A DNA stretch of 64,000 nt from Zancudomyces culisetae HAW-14-8 (taxonomy: Eukaryota; Fungi; Kickxellomycota): NCBI GenBank assembly GCA_052426225.1, contig JBNJNM010000020.1, positions 21,848 through 85,847 on the forward strand, given 5' to 3'. The notes beneath the pieces were generated by a model, which saw only the letters and a program-made list of their open reading frames with translations, was not told the DNA's origin and searched no databases. The stretch's first letter is position 1, and each line of letters starts with the position of its first letter. Position numbers and translations under genes: made by a program. Of this stretch, positions 1 to 12,705 are shown in pieces.

Positions 1-11
1 ATGCGTATAGT

Positions 12-206
12 ATGTTTTCTTTAGCCTTGCCTTTAATGGTAATGCTTTCTCCCAACAAGTTTTCTAATATCGCTTCCTTAATGGTTTGAATTGTTACGCT
101 TATTATCCCTTTGGTAACGACTATTAGTATTTTCTACATTAAAATACGTAAGTTTGACCTTGAACTGCAAAGATTGGAATATGAGTTTAGGCTCTGGTGC
201 CATTGA
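12..206 (+). pseudogene. Possible relic of a small membrane-anchor + coiled-coil protein (in-frame TGA at 87-89)
   Basis: Manual translation MFSLALPLMVMLSPNKFSNIASLMV*IVTLIIPLVTTISIFYIKIRKFDLELQRLEYEFRLWCH*. Hydrophobic stretch followed by K/E/L heptads, as in the ORFs at 7305 and 12100. Confidence 0.3.
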
Positions 207-1454
207 AATTACCACAAGAAATGGAATTTCAGGTACACAAGATCCAAACTTTAAGTCATTCATGGATAATTCAACAAGGATCTAGCAACCTTCCTCCCGC
301 CTCCCCCTCACTCACCCCCCCTTTAATAGTAATTTGAAGAAATACTTTTAATACTTTTTGATTCACCAATTTATCTAGCCTACTTGTTTTTTTGTTTGTT
401 TGTTTTTTTGTTTTGATTTTTTGGTTCATTAACGATTGAATAAAGAGAATATCTACTCAAAGTTTATTCACTAGATCCTGGTTATTGTTTAATCATTTGG
501 AAAAAATAAAAACAAAACAACTTTACCATTCGTATCTAAGCTTATAACAACATCTTTTATTTTTTTTCTAGTTTTCAAAGCTGTATCAATAGATAAGGAT
601 ATAATCTTGGGGATGTAAAAACTTTGATAAATAAATACGACAACAATCCACTTTTAACTTGATTCGACCTGGATACCTCGGATCACATATTAAAAAGAGA
701 GAAAAAGATACAATACAAATCTCGACTTTTTTACAGGTAAAAGCTAGTCTAAATGAAACGATACACTCTAGTAGTTTGCATCTTTAGCACTATTTGAGTA
801 TTCCTTTTCAACTGTTGTCATTATTTACAGATTGATTAATAAATATTACTAGTGCTATTTAATTACACCTCAAAATTTACAACCCTTTCATTAACTGCTA
901 AAATCATATCGTAATAAACACACATCCAATTCCCACTCCCACCCTTCCTTCCCCAAAAAAATAAATTAAACTTTATATATATGTTTGTATACATGAAGCA
1001 GACGTGAATACCATCAAAGTGCGGAACTTTTTATACTGAAAAACGCACAGTACAAAGCAAATATCTCCAGGATCGGGTAAAAAGAGCCAATACATGTCCT
1101 TACAAGATCACAGTCACTCCCCATTCGTATGTCATGTTAATATGTCCCACTATTTTATTTTCTGTATTTTTACAAGTTTGGATTAACAAATTTCGGAATC
1201 CTCAACCTTATTTGGATTCCAGTAAAATAAATTCTATAATAGACTCACAAAAAAAAATAAGAATTATTCCAATCCAGACATACAACTCTAACCTGAATTA
1301 TTCAATGAACATCCCACCAAAAATGACAGAGATAGGATGTTCAGTATATGTTTTTGGTGAAAAATAGTGGAACTGGAACAACTTTATTTGTTGTCTATTT
1401 GATGAGGCTTTTTTTTGGTTGTTAGCAAATTCATCTTGTTTTCTTTAAAATGCA

Positions 1455-1792
1455 AAATTATTGGACTGAAAATAATCCAACTTTTCTGGTTTGATGCTTA
1501 ATCTTAAAAAAAACACAATAATCAGAATTATCAATGGTTTCATAGCTTATTTAAAAAATCCATGTGCAAAAAAAAATATAGAAATGCCCTGATGATTTTT
1601 CCAAATTACTCAGCAAACGACCATTCAAGCCAAAGTCTAAGAACCCGATAAATTGATCAAAAAAACCAAAAAAAGATAGTATAAAACAACCACATTATGC
1701 CTTTCGAGTTTATTAATCTTTATTCTTTACTTTAATACTCTAATGCCAAACAAAGCTATAAAGGCGGCAGCGATCATCCAACCTATAACAGA
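1455..1792 (+). promoter_or_regulatory. Conserved upstream region of the ankyrin gene family
   Basis: An ATTATTG..(C/T)T(G/T)AAAATA.TCCA...TTCTGGTTT.ATG block and an AGTATAAAAC TATA-like box recur before all three paralogs (~1455/1678, ~15178/15396, ~21631/21785). Confidence 0.55.
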
Positions 1793-4700
1793 ATGGATAA
1801 CACAAAACAACCAACACAATGTTTTCAACAAACTTCCAGCAAGTATTCTGTCCACCGTATTTGTGCTTGCCCAAAACCCCCAGTTATCACTCTTGAACAA
1901 AAATATGTACAAAGCCCTCTCAAAAAGTAGAAACCGTTAGCGATTACATTGTTCAATATGTCTCATCGGATACAGGAGATAGTTCCCAGTGGAACCTGAG
2001 AGGCATATTCGATAAATACAAAAGAATAAGTATGAACGAAACCATCGGAATGCTGGTATTGAGAAAAATCAAGAGTTTGGGACTATGAAACCGCTCTAGA
2101 TATAGCATTTGAATACAGGTGGAGAACATGCTAGATATAATTATCAAGATGTATGTAGTGATTGATAGAAATACTTCTACGGTCGTGCACAAGGGCACTT
2201 TATTCATGGACAAAGATGAGTACTTAGATATTGATATTGGAAAATTGTTTTCAGAGGATAACGAATCGCAAATAAAGAAAATAGACATTAAAAACTTCCA
2301 ATTCTCTTTATATCCGACCATTATTCAAGATGGGGTGGAGGTCTCAGAGAAGTTAATATGGGCAATGTACACTATCTCTGGGGAAAGAGATATAGAAATG
2401 CTAATAGATATTTGCAACACCAAACTTGAGTTTCCTCCAGAAATATGTGGTTCTGTTGGTAGAGAGGTTAGATGTATTGATGACAAATTTTTAGTAAGTT
2501 GTATATTGATAGCCGCATGTGAAAGCTGTAAATTGAACAATCTTGATTTCTTAACAAGAATTTTGGATCTAGAAACAGGCAAAAATCTTCCTTTCAGGAG
2601 CTAAACTCGAGTGTGAAAGCCAAGGGCTCGGGCTATTGATGATTCATTTAAAGACTTTTGTTTATACATATGGGTTATGGGGTAAAAACAAATTTATTGA
2701 TTTACACTATATGTGCATATTATTCAATTGAATGGGATAGGAAAGAGTTTGTATCATATATCGAAGATAACTACTCTGGTAGTAAACACGCACAGATAAT
2801 TTTTGATTTAGCCGTATTTCACAGAAGAGAGAGTTTGCTCAAAAAATATATTTTCAAAGTGCAAACAAGTTCAGAGAATATAAAAAAAATAACAGAAATG
2901 GCGTGTAGATTTGGTAGTGTCGATCTCATAAGATTTCTTATAAACAACAGTGATAGACTGGAGGAAGATTTAGACGAAAACGCTCTGAAAATAGCTATAA
3001 AAAAAAATAACCACGAACTAATACAGGAAATTATCAGCAAATATCCAAATACTATGAGTTTCTCCTGTTTAGAGGACGCAGTGAATACCAGAGATGTCAA
3101 AATTTTAAAACTACTTATCGAAGCTGGAGCTGATTTAAAATCACCTGCGTTTAAGGGAATACTAATTGCAAGCGAAAATAAAGATACGGATATGCTACGA
3201 TTTTTACTGGAGCATGGTGCTTCCATTGACCTCAGAACCACACAAGGGGTTCAAGAGTTATGTAGAATAAAGAGTCGTGATATGATAGATTGTCTATTAG
3301 CAGTCTTAAATGAAGGTAGGATCGAACTCAACGAATCAGAAACACAAGGCAATGTTGGAATCAATCTGAAATTTAACAAAACAATACTATTTCTGATTGG
3401 AGCAGGTCAAGATTATAACCAAGATCATTCTGGTCGCCATGTTGAAGTTGAAGATGTTTTTGGACATCTGGATTTACACGAGAAGTTAATGGTGATTATG
3501 AACTCCAGGAGAACAGATATGCCAAATGTGAGTTCAATATACTTAGCAAACCTTGCTGCCCATTCTCATGACAAGAACATTACATCAATTTGTAATGGTA
3601 GATTGTTAGAAATTATTTGTTATATTGCTCAAAACAAACTGCAGAATACATTGATGGATTTCAAATACGATGGAGCTATCAATGTAAAGCACATACAGCA
3701 AAACATAATGTTGAATGATAGACATTATGAGTTGGCAAAATCAGAACTGGTCAATCGAAACTTTGAAATCTTAAAACTATTGATAGAGTATGGAGTTGAT
3801 ATTAATTCATACGATAGTTTGATCTTAAGGACAGCGTACAAAGCAGGTGATATTAGTTGGATTGATTATTTTATCAGTAAAGGTGCAAAACTAAACGGAG
3901 AATCAGATGGGTTTGAGGAGGCGTGTAAATCGGATAAAGTTGAAGTGTTGGAACATTGGATCAAGAATGGTGGTGTGGTGCCCAATAACCCAAAATATGA
4001 GTGTATTAACGTTGCGTGTATACTGGGTAACTTTGATATGATTAAATTGTTGGTAGAAAATGGAGTTGATTTAAGTGATCCAAAACGGAATGGAGTCAGA
4101 ATTGCATGTAGATTGGGTCTCAAGAGAACACTGAAATACCTCTTGGAACACAATGCTGTGATAAAGGGTGTTCGTCATCACCAATTGGAATATGCATGCA
4201 TGACTGAAAATATTGAGTCGGTAAAAATGATACTTGATCACCATGATGGTTTAGGAGTGTTAGAAAGAAATGATAACATATATACAAAGGAAGGAGAGGA
4301 ATCACAAGATATTTCTTATCTTGATAGTGAAAATACTGATAGATCTGAAGAATACGAAATTACTAAAATCTTACTTGAAAATGGTGAACCTATCCAGAAT
4401 AGTGATTTGTTGGATGCAGTAATGGCGGCGGCTAGAATTAATAATATTAAAATACTGAAAATACTTTTAATCTATAAGATTGATCTCAACGGTGATTCTA
4501 AAATAATGGACGATGCTGTACTAATGGGAAATGTTGAGGCAGTGAAGTTTTTATTGGAGAATGGGGTAACCATTAACGACAAGCCTCATCTTGTAGAAAT
4601 AGCATTCCGATCAAAAAACCAAGAAATAATAAGTGTCTTAATGCAGCACTGCACAAAATTTGAAGGGCATGATCATATTCGGATGAATTTTTTATTTCGT

Positions 4701-5180
4701 TTAATGCTAATGCGCTGAAGTTGCTTTTGGATTTTTTTCTTGAGATTGATGGTTATTAAATCTATTCTACACCGTTATCGGAAAATCCAAACTGGTAGAT
4801 GTTAAATTATTTTTGAAAGATGCCATCAAGCTTTCACTTACTGTAACCTCCCTTGTGTACCCTGTACGTGCAGAAGCAATAATCTTGAGATTTTGAAATT
4901 GTTATTTTTGAAGAGAGAATAAATAAATGAAAACAAAAGTGAAGCAGTTTAGGTATGTTCAAATAGTTTACTAGAAATATAGAAACTTTTATTTAAAAAA
5001 GATCTGAAGTTGTTAATAAAAAAGGATATTAGACTTAAGGAGGCATGTAATCATAACTAATTAGAAATGATCAAGTTTTGATAAAATATGGTTCTGTACA
5101 AATTTGCGTAGTGTGACGGTTTTAAAGTTGCGAGTGATCTAAATTATCACAAACTAATAAGTATTTGTCAAAATGTGTGA
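1793..5180 (+). pseudogene. F-box-like/ankyrin-repeat protein, copy 1 (frameshifted 5' part, intact 2658-4718 core, nonsense-disrupted 3' tail)
   Basis: ORF pieces 1743-1940, 2119-2604 and 2658-4718 are collinear with the intact paralog at 21900-25319. Ankyrin motifs include LKLLIEAGAD, LRFLLEHGAS and VKFLLENGV. The 5' breaks are homopolymer indels; the tail has in-frame stops (e.g. TGG>TAG near 4949). Confidence 0.85.
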
Positions 5181-6839
5181 GGTAGAAACTAGGGATTTGG
5201 AAAGTTGGAGAATATGATTTATTTCAACAAATATGTTTGTCTTTAAAAAATGTTAGTTTAAAGTAAAATAAAGATAGTAAACCCTTTTAATCAATTACTA
5301 GTAGATTTTAAGAGCAGGTTAAAGTTGAATATTTTTTTCTGGATTGTACACAATGAGCAAAAGTTGGGAAAACGTACTTGATAAAAAACATTCCAAAAGT
5401 AACAAAAGCAGATGTGAAGCTTGGAAGGAATTTTTTTGTAGGGCGACTCCTTGGAGGGGAGTCAAAAAGAATGGTTACTCTCTCCGTTAAAAAGAGAGAA
5501 ACCGAAGTACAGTTCTTGATTGAGCTGGTAACAGCACAATTTTTGGACGGAATATGTCGAACGAGGATGCAAATCTTAGATCGACTCAGAGTTGAAACAA
5601 CCTACTTGAACTAACGCCCAGTGGGTATAGAGTCCCTAGAGGGACGGAGGGGAATTGGTTAGGTAGATATTTTATAGAATTATTTTTTGTAGTTTTATGG
5701 GATATTTATTTACTAAATAAATCTAAGCAAAAAAATAACTATCCCCAAACATTGTAGTTATTCGTATATTGGTGATATTGTTATATGGAATATATATTCT
5801 AGCTTATTTTAGAAAAATAAAGTGAATACACAAGAACTACAGTGTATAATAGTAAAATATATTATAATATTAATATTGGATAGACCAGCTTCTAGTATTT
5901 TCGGAGTATTGATATTTTGAGTTCAAGGGATAGCAGGATGGTAACTCTTTAGTAGGCTAGTCTAATATAGTTCAGTCAAAAAGTTTAACAAAATACAATA
6001 TAAATATTAAGAGGGGAAAAAAATATGGAATCTTAGTAGGTTCAAAAAATAATAAGTGGTTTTGGAGTCTGTGACTAGAAACGAGGTATAAAAGCTATTG
6101 TGATATCGAAATAAAAATAAAGCATAAAATGTTTTTTTAAAACTTTTTGAAATCATGGTAAACAAAATGTTAGATAGTCAGCTTATTATTCTCGGTTGAG
6201 TTGGATAGCAACTACTATGGTGAGCCAAACCTTGTTGGGTGCAACATAACTAAATTGTACTATAAAAAATATATAGTTAAAACAAAATGTATGTATAAAT
6301 TAACAAAGATCTAGTAAAGTCAAAAGTCAATTTGTTTTGACTTAGAATTATTCATAATGGTAATTGGATGTTTGTAGGTTGACTCTAGATCAATACCAGA
6401 TATATGTTTTTTGGGAGTATTTACCTTAAAGATCTGTGTTACGATACAGGAACCAAATTGTCTATAAACAAAGTAAATGTCTCTAAGATAATAACAATTA
6501 TAAAGGTGAAGAGAAAAGAAAAAAAGTTGTAAGAGCAAATAGATTTTTAGGGGCAAAACCTTCCTCAATATCTCGACCAAATTAGGTTTTGTTATTACAA
6601 AGGAAATGAACTCATCAGTATTTTTTGATATTTGTTTGTTAGACGTTTTGTAATAAAAAAAACATATTGACTTTTACATCTACACTGTTTATTTAACTTT
6701 CAAGGGAACAGAATCACAATTTATTGATTAATTTAAAGTTGTAGTCAATTACTATGATGATTTATCTTTTAACAAAAAGAAACATTTTACAATTATAGTA
6801 TTGGTATATGAAATTAAGACCACTGTTTGAAAAATAAAG

Positions 6840-7440
6840 TCAATATCAAGTACGCTTCTACTTTCCACTCCTTTTAACATTAGCAAAAAAATGAAACTGT
6901 CTTTGATGAATAATTTACTAATGCTAAATTTTCGCTAATTCGTAGCACTACAGAAAAACATAAACAACTATTCTACCTTTGTAACATCACATTTCAAAGT
7001 ATATTAAGCGTCTTATTTTTCTACCAGATATAATAAATTTGCTCATTCAATGCACAAAGAGTTTATTGAAATGTTTATAGATGTTGTTGATTTTCTTTGC
7101 TTTATGGATATATTATATAAATACCGAATAATTTACTGATGTTGAATTGACTTGATTTCTTTGCAAAGAATCATTAACCTTTGTATAGATGGTAATAAAG
7201 ACCATTATATTGAACATTATACCATTCGAATTTGTTTGTGATACTTGGAAAAACAAGTATAGAGTATATCTAGAATTGAAATAAAGACTTCACTGATACC
7301 GAATATGGCAACCTCTTCAAGTATAAAAAGACCATCGTCATCCACGATAAAGAGGCTAACAAACACTATTTCCATAATTATATTAGCCAGACCGAAATTA
7401 ATACTACAAACAGACTTTTTACTTGAAATAATTATGGAGA
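6840..7440 (+). repeat. Diverged direct duplication (partner ~11695-12230) containing decayed coding sequence
   Basis: Alignable blocks such as TCTTTGATGA(A/G)TAATTTACTAAT, ATCACATTTCAAA, CACAAAGAGTTTATTGAAAT and AAAGACCATCGTCA.CCACGATAA.GA.GCTAACAAACA. Confidence 0.8.
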
Positions 7441-7727
7441 GCTTTGTATTGAATAACATTACCAAGTTCGAATATTTTGGTCTCTTTATTATTTTATCCA
7501 TACAAATCAAAAACTTCTTTAGCGAGAAATGGAGTTATGAATTAGAGAAAGAAAAACTGGCCTTCGAGGAAAAAAAATTACAAGTGGAACAGGGTAATAT
7601 GATTGATAAAATTCTTTTAGAATACGAATTAAAAAATTCTAAGGGAGCTCTGGATATCGATAAACTGAGAAAGCGATATAAATCTAAACCAGAGCCAAAA
7701 AAATTATTATCCATAAACTCAGAATGA
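7305..7727 (+). CDS. Small hypothetical protein, hydrophobic anchor + coiled coil (probable start Met 7434)
   Basis: 140-aa ORF; FEYFGLFIILSIQI followed by an E/K-rich heptad region; same context as 12100-12705. Confidence 0.5.
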   Translation: MATSSSIKRPSSSTIKRLTNTISIIILARPKLILQTDFLLEIIMESFVLNNITKFEYFGLFIILSIQIKNFFSEKWSYELEKEKLAFEEKKLQVEQGNMIDKILLEYELKNSKGALDIDKLRKRYKSKPEPKKLLSINSE

Positions 7728-8783
7728 CTTTGCTGTTTGTTATTTTTTAACATTATTTTTTTTATCAAGTTACAGATTACCTTAGATTAACTTTTTCTAA
7801 TATTCAAGAATACAAATGAATAAATATAAATTAGTATCAATCTACCACCTTCATCATCCTCAAATTGAAAATTAGTTAATATTTATTTTTCATGAACAAA
7901 ATGAACCAAAATAATCTATACCTTACAATATATCGAATTTTGAAATTCAATCGAAACTCCCGGTTTTATTCTTCCAGATTCTTAAAAATGAACATGTATG
8001 AGTAAAATTTAATGAACTGAATTTGGTACAGACAATAAACGATGAATTTTGAATAATTGACGATTATCTTTTACTGGACCTAAAGTTAATATTAGGCCTA
8101 ATTCTGATTGAGTGGTTATTTGAGAGATACTCAAGTTTGCTTGGAGCAAGTAAGCACAGGGAAATATTTGAAAATTCGTAAAGTTGGGAATCAGTTCAAA
8201 AAATACTTTGGTAAGTACGGTGGAGGAAGCGAATTTCATGGCGACCACGGAGAAGATGCACAGTCCAACACCAATTTAAAGTCAATCGAAGAATAGGGAG
8301 CTAAGGGTAATACTGCAGTGGGAGCGCAACAAGTGAGATTTAGCACGATCCAGAATATTTTTTAAAAACAAGGCGCTCGGGATGAATGAAAGTCTTCCAA
8401 TTCAAAGAAGGGGGCTTGAGGGGTTTTTTTAGTTAAGAGAAAAGAAACAACCTAGTGTAATTGAATATGGGAGAATAAGTAAAAAAATAGAATTTGAAAT
8501 CAGTCTAAATGCTGAGGAGCTAACAATGGATATAATAGGTGTCGCTGTTGGTAGAGACGGTGGATGTGACAAAAACATAGTGGTGATAAGTGAAAATGGA
8601 TCAATACTTAGGTGGGATCTTGGAGTTTATAGAATAACTATGAAGAATTTTAGGAGCCTAGGTGTTGAATCGATTGTACAGAAGAAGCAAGAGACAGTTA
8701 GTGGCGGTAGTAAAGGGAAGTAAAAAGACAAGGAATGGGAAAGTGCGGAAGAGAGAGTTTCAAGTACACAGTTAAAAAATAGT

Positions 8784-10086
8784 TTGGCCAAGAATAGAAA
8801 AAAGATGGGATACCAGAGGGTGGTGACACAGAAAAAAACAGCAAGGTATTTGTGTTCAATCTCGAGTGTATGTGTAGGTGTATTGAGACCCAATTTGTGT
8901 GGATTCGATGAATTACGGTTTTCAAGTGTGAGTTTGGTTCAAAGTATTATAGAATCCTTCAGAACAGAAATGGGTGAGGCAGTGTTTAGCCAAATTAGTA
9001 GGTCTGGTGTTCCTGTCAAGTATGTTGATCCACAAATATTTCAAGAGGGAATAGTTGAAGCATGTGTTTTCAGTGACTATTCGGAATTTGTGGCAGCCAT
9101 CTCACAGTCGCAAAAGATAGGGGTATACAACACTAGTGATAGCAGCAAAGTCAATTCCAGTAATTTCGTATATCTGATTGATATGGTAGATACGCCAAAC
9201 TATCCAACGCTCCGAAAATTTGCTGTAGATTTTCAAAGAGACCATGGGAGTTTGTTCCGTAAAGGATTGGTTCCTAGCTACAAAATCCTGAACAAAAAAG
9301 CAAAAGCCCCGTGTTTTGAGTACTTGGGGTTGACATCTGATGAAATGACGACATTCCACACCTGCAATAATAAGAAAAGTCGATACCAAAGATAGTGTGG
9401 ATTTAATTCGTCCCGATTTATCACGATTCAAAAATTAATCACAAACATGAACACAATCACAAAAGTAATAAACTCAAATTGAACTCAAATACTACAGTAG
9501 AGGATTATGAAATTTCACCATATGAGAGTACCATTGATTCTTCATCAAGAAAAATGCTTCACCGTTAGGGCAACCTGTCTCTGATGCGTGGTACTGGCTT
9601 TGTGCGTTATCTAAGTTGATATACCGCACCATTTTCAATATCATCAAGCCACTCATTCTCTACCAAAAAATCGAATCGTAACATAAAAAACAGCCCAAGT
9701 TTAAGTTCATCCAAGTCGTTTACAACATTATGAGGGGATGGGGTTTTTTAGATTATGGTGATACTGATATTTATTTTCAAGCGACCAACAACAGCAATAC
9801 TTTTGGCAAACTAGGCCATCTTGGACTTCCAAATGACTTTGAACTGTCTAGTAGCAAAGGAGGTTATTCATCTAGGAGCAAAAATTCTAAGGCTGGTGGC
9901 GCTCAAAATGGCAGTTTAGGTGGTAACAATGCGGTTGGCTACCGTTCTACTTTTCAATTTTCTTGGGAGTTTTGGACATTTGATTTGTTTGTTTTGTTTG
10001 GTAACACGTTGTATACAAAGCCTGAATATCAGAACATTGATTCTTCTGTAAACAAACATTCACTGGCTTTGACTAGTGATAAATAA
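8784..10086 (+). pseudogene. Decayed gene or retroelement ORF1-like relic with two RNP1-like motifs
   Basis: 203-aa ORF 8784-9395, then broken frames containing RGTGFVRY (9587-9610) and RGWGFLDY (9733-9756), and a G/S/N-rich tail. Confidence 0.3.
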
Positions 10087-10283
10087 GTAATACTAATCTC
10101 AATACCAATAATGTTGGTAGTGTTAGTATTGACACCATTAGCGGTTGTAGCGATAAAAATAGTAGTAAGAATATTGGCAATAATAATGACAACGTTTCGT
10201 TACCCTCGAATTTCTACTCCTTAAACTCTCCATTCTTTTCTTTATTTATCCCCAGCCACCTTCAAAAACTCAACATTTTATCA

Positions 10284-11042
10284 ATGAACTTACCATTAAA
10301 CCTTTCAATTGAGCTACCATCATACTACAAATACCAATCTAAAACCGACTTTTTGACTCAATATTCTCCTCCAGATATTGTCGTTTACTCCACCTCTGAT
10401 ATCTGTATAGACTTTAACCCTGCACCCTTATTCGACTTGCTTCCTCTCCAATTTCAACACCACAGCGCTTTCTCACCCCTTGTTGAACCAATAGCACGTG
10501 CTGACGATGTATCTTCTCATTCTTCCTTTGATCCACTTTCCGATCATCCGTCCGTCAATTCTATGGCTACGAATATGAATCCTGCAGCCTCGAATAATTT
10601 GGATGCTTTTTTGGGTGATGGTCCATTTAATAGATTTCATTTTGATACCAATATTGGATTTATTATTATCAAGCCAATCAAGCTTGTTCAAAGTGGAACC
10701 CCTCGTAACTACTCTCGGTATCTCGATTCTATTTCCAACTTTAACAACATTGTGAATACAAGTGTGAATGCAACTGCAAACACACCTCTAAATACCAGCA
10801 CTAGTGTAAATAACAGCAACCTTGTAAATACAGATATTCTAAAAATACCAGTGGTATCAATGGTAGAAACCTCACTTCCAATTTATATCGTGGGTATAAT
10901 AGCGATGCCAGTCAGAAATCTACCACTCATGGACCCAAGAATCCCATTGATACCATCAAAGAGTGTTAGTCTTACACATTCCTTTTTGTACACTGTTTTA
11001 GCTGTGGCTTCTGGGAATACCATCAAGTTGATATCTGTCTAA
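10284..11042 (+). CDS. Hypothetical low-complexity (S/N/T/P-rich) protein
   Basis: 252-aa ATG-initiated ORF in AT-rich DNA; no recognisable domain. Confidence 0.35.
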   Translation: MNLPLNLSIELPSYYKYQSKTDFLTQYSPPDIVVYSTSDICIDFNPAPLFDLLPLQFQHHSAFSPLVEPIARADDVSSHSSFDPLSDHPSVNSMATNMNPAASNNLDAFLGDGPFNRFHFDTNIGFIIIKPIKLVQSGTPRNYSRYLDSISNFNNIVNTSVNATANTPLNTSTSVNNSNLVNTDILKIPVVSMVETSLPIYIVGIIAMPVRNLPLMDPRIPLIPSKSVSLTHSFLYTVLAVASGNTIKLISV

Positions 11043-12099
11043 CCTCATTGATCGCTTTCGTAAATATATTGTAGAAGTGATGCAATTATTAGATTGCTTT
11101 TTCTTTTTTAATTCCAACTTTTCTGTTTAGAATTTAGTTGGTTCTAGTATGCAAACTATTTTTTTTCTCTTTTTATTTTTTTTGGATTAGCGATTGATTG
11201 GGATTTATTTGGATCTATGCCTAACAGCACTATAATGTATCCAGTGGTTGTGATGAAATATTTGCATTTGATTAGGAAATAATCAGAAGGTTGAATATGA
11301 ACTATTAGGAGTTTCGGAGGTTTTGCATTGAACTAAAAAAATGATTCAAGAATGCGAACAACAAACGGGATGCATAGTAGTGATAGTTACATTCATCCGT
11401 TATATTCATGGAGTCAGCTCTATGTCTTTAGTTATAATGAAATTCAACTCATAGCATTATTTGGTGTATTTGCTATTTAGTTCAACACCCATAATCACTT
11501 TGATTTTTACTGCTTAAATGTTTATATTTGAGAGAACAAGTCCACGGCATTATACTAAGTTAAAACTATATTCAATGACTTTTATTAATTTCTTTCAAAA
11601 AATGAAAAATGAATTGTAGTACTTGGCACATAGTACTAAATTACATCAACCTGAATAATGGTTTACCAAATGTAAGTCAGCTGGTTAAAAAATATTCAAC
11701 TAATAAGTTTTATTTTCCATTCCTTTCAACACTAACGAAAAAAGTGAAACTTTCTTTGATGAGTAATTTACTAATACTAAACTCATACTGCATTCGTAAC
11801 ACTACAGTAAAATCGATGTAAATAACTATACTGCCTTTGGAGTATCACATTTCAAAAGCATATTTCATCTTTTTTTCTACCAGGTACAATACATTTCCTT
11901 ATTCATTTCACAAAGAGTTTATTGAAATATTTATTGATATCAAGCTAATGCTTTATCCTTTTTTTAAAATCATTGAAGTTTGAGTATAAACAATAAAGTC
12001 CATTATATTTTGCATTATAAACTCCAAGTCTATTTATTATAATGAAAATCAACTACAGAATATACCTACAACAGAAATAAAAACTTCACCAGTACTGAA

Positions 12100-12705
12100 A
12101 TGACAATCAGTTCAGATAAAAAAAGACCATCGTCAACCACGATAAGGAAGCTAACAAACATCATCTTCTTTATATCTTTAAAGCCTGAATTAATACTTTT
12201 TTTAGATTTTATTTTTGAAAATATGACTGAATCGTTTTGGAATAGTTACGTAGGATTGGAAATACTTCCATGTATAACTTCATGTTGGTGTGTGATTCTT
12301 TATGCGTATTACGCACACAAGATACATAAAATTCAGGTGAATAATGAAAAAACTCGAAAAGATAAAGAAGATGCCCGCAAGGATAGAGACCAGGAAATAA
12401 ATGCAGAATACAGCAAGTTAAAGCACCAAATGGAAGAAAATGAAAAAGTAAGGAGGGCAGAGATTGAGAAGATTAAACACGAAAATGAAGAAAAAGAAAA
12501 AAAAAGGAGATTCATGATAGAACAGTTAAAGACCGAATATGAGAATAAGCGAATAGAATACGAAAGATTTAATAAGTTAGTCTTTGAAAAGAGACTAAAA
12601 ATAGAGGAAAATAGGATAAAAGCTAACTCGGAGATTTATAAACTTGATATCAAGTTAAAACAAGACGAATTAAGGTTAAAATATTCTATGGAGCCCAGCA
12701 ACTGA
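12100..12705 (+). CDS. Small hypothetical protein, single TM + long coiled coil (probable start Met 12223)
   Basis: 201-aa ORF; ILPCITSCWCVILYAYYA hydrophobic segment followed by ~120 aa of E/K/R heptads; paralogous context to 7305-7727. Confidence 0.6.
   Translation: MTISSDKKRPSSTTIRKLTNIIFFISLKPELILFLDFIFENMTESFWNSYVGLEILPCITSCWCVILYAYYAHKIHKIQVNNEKTRKDKEDARKDRDQEINAEYSKLKHQMEENEKVRRAEIEKIKHENEEKEKKRRFMIEQLKTEYENKRIEYERFNKLVFEKRLKIEENRIKANSEIYKLDIKLKQDELRLKYSMEPSN

Noticed and set aside
9350-9400. Degenerate zinc knuckle (FHTCNNKKSRYQR*C)
   Set aside because: Spacing and residues do not fit CX2CX4HX4C.
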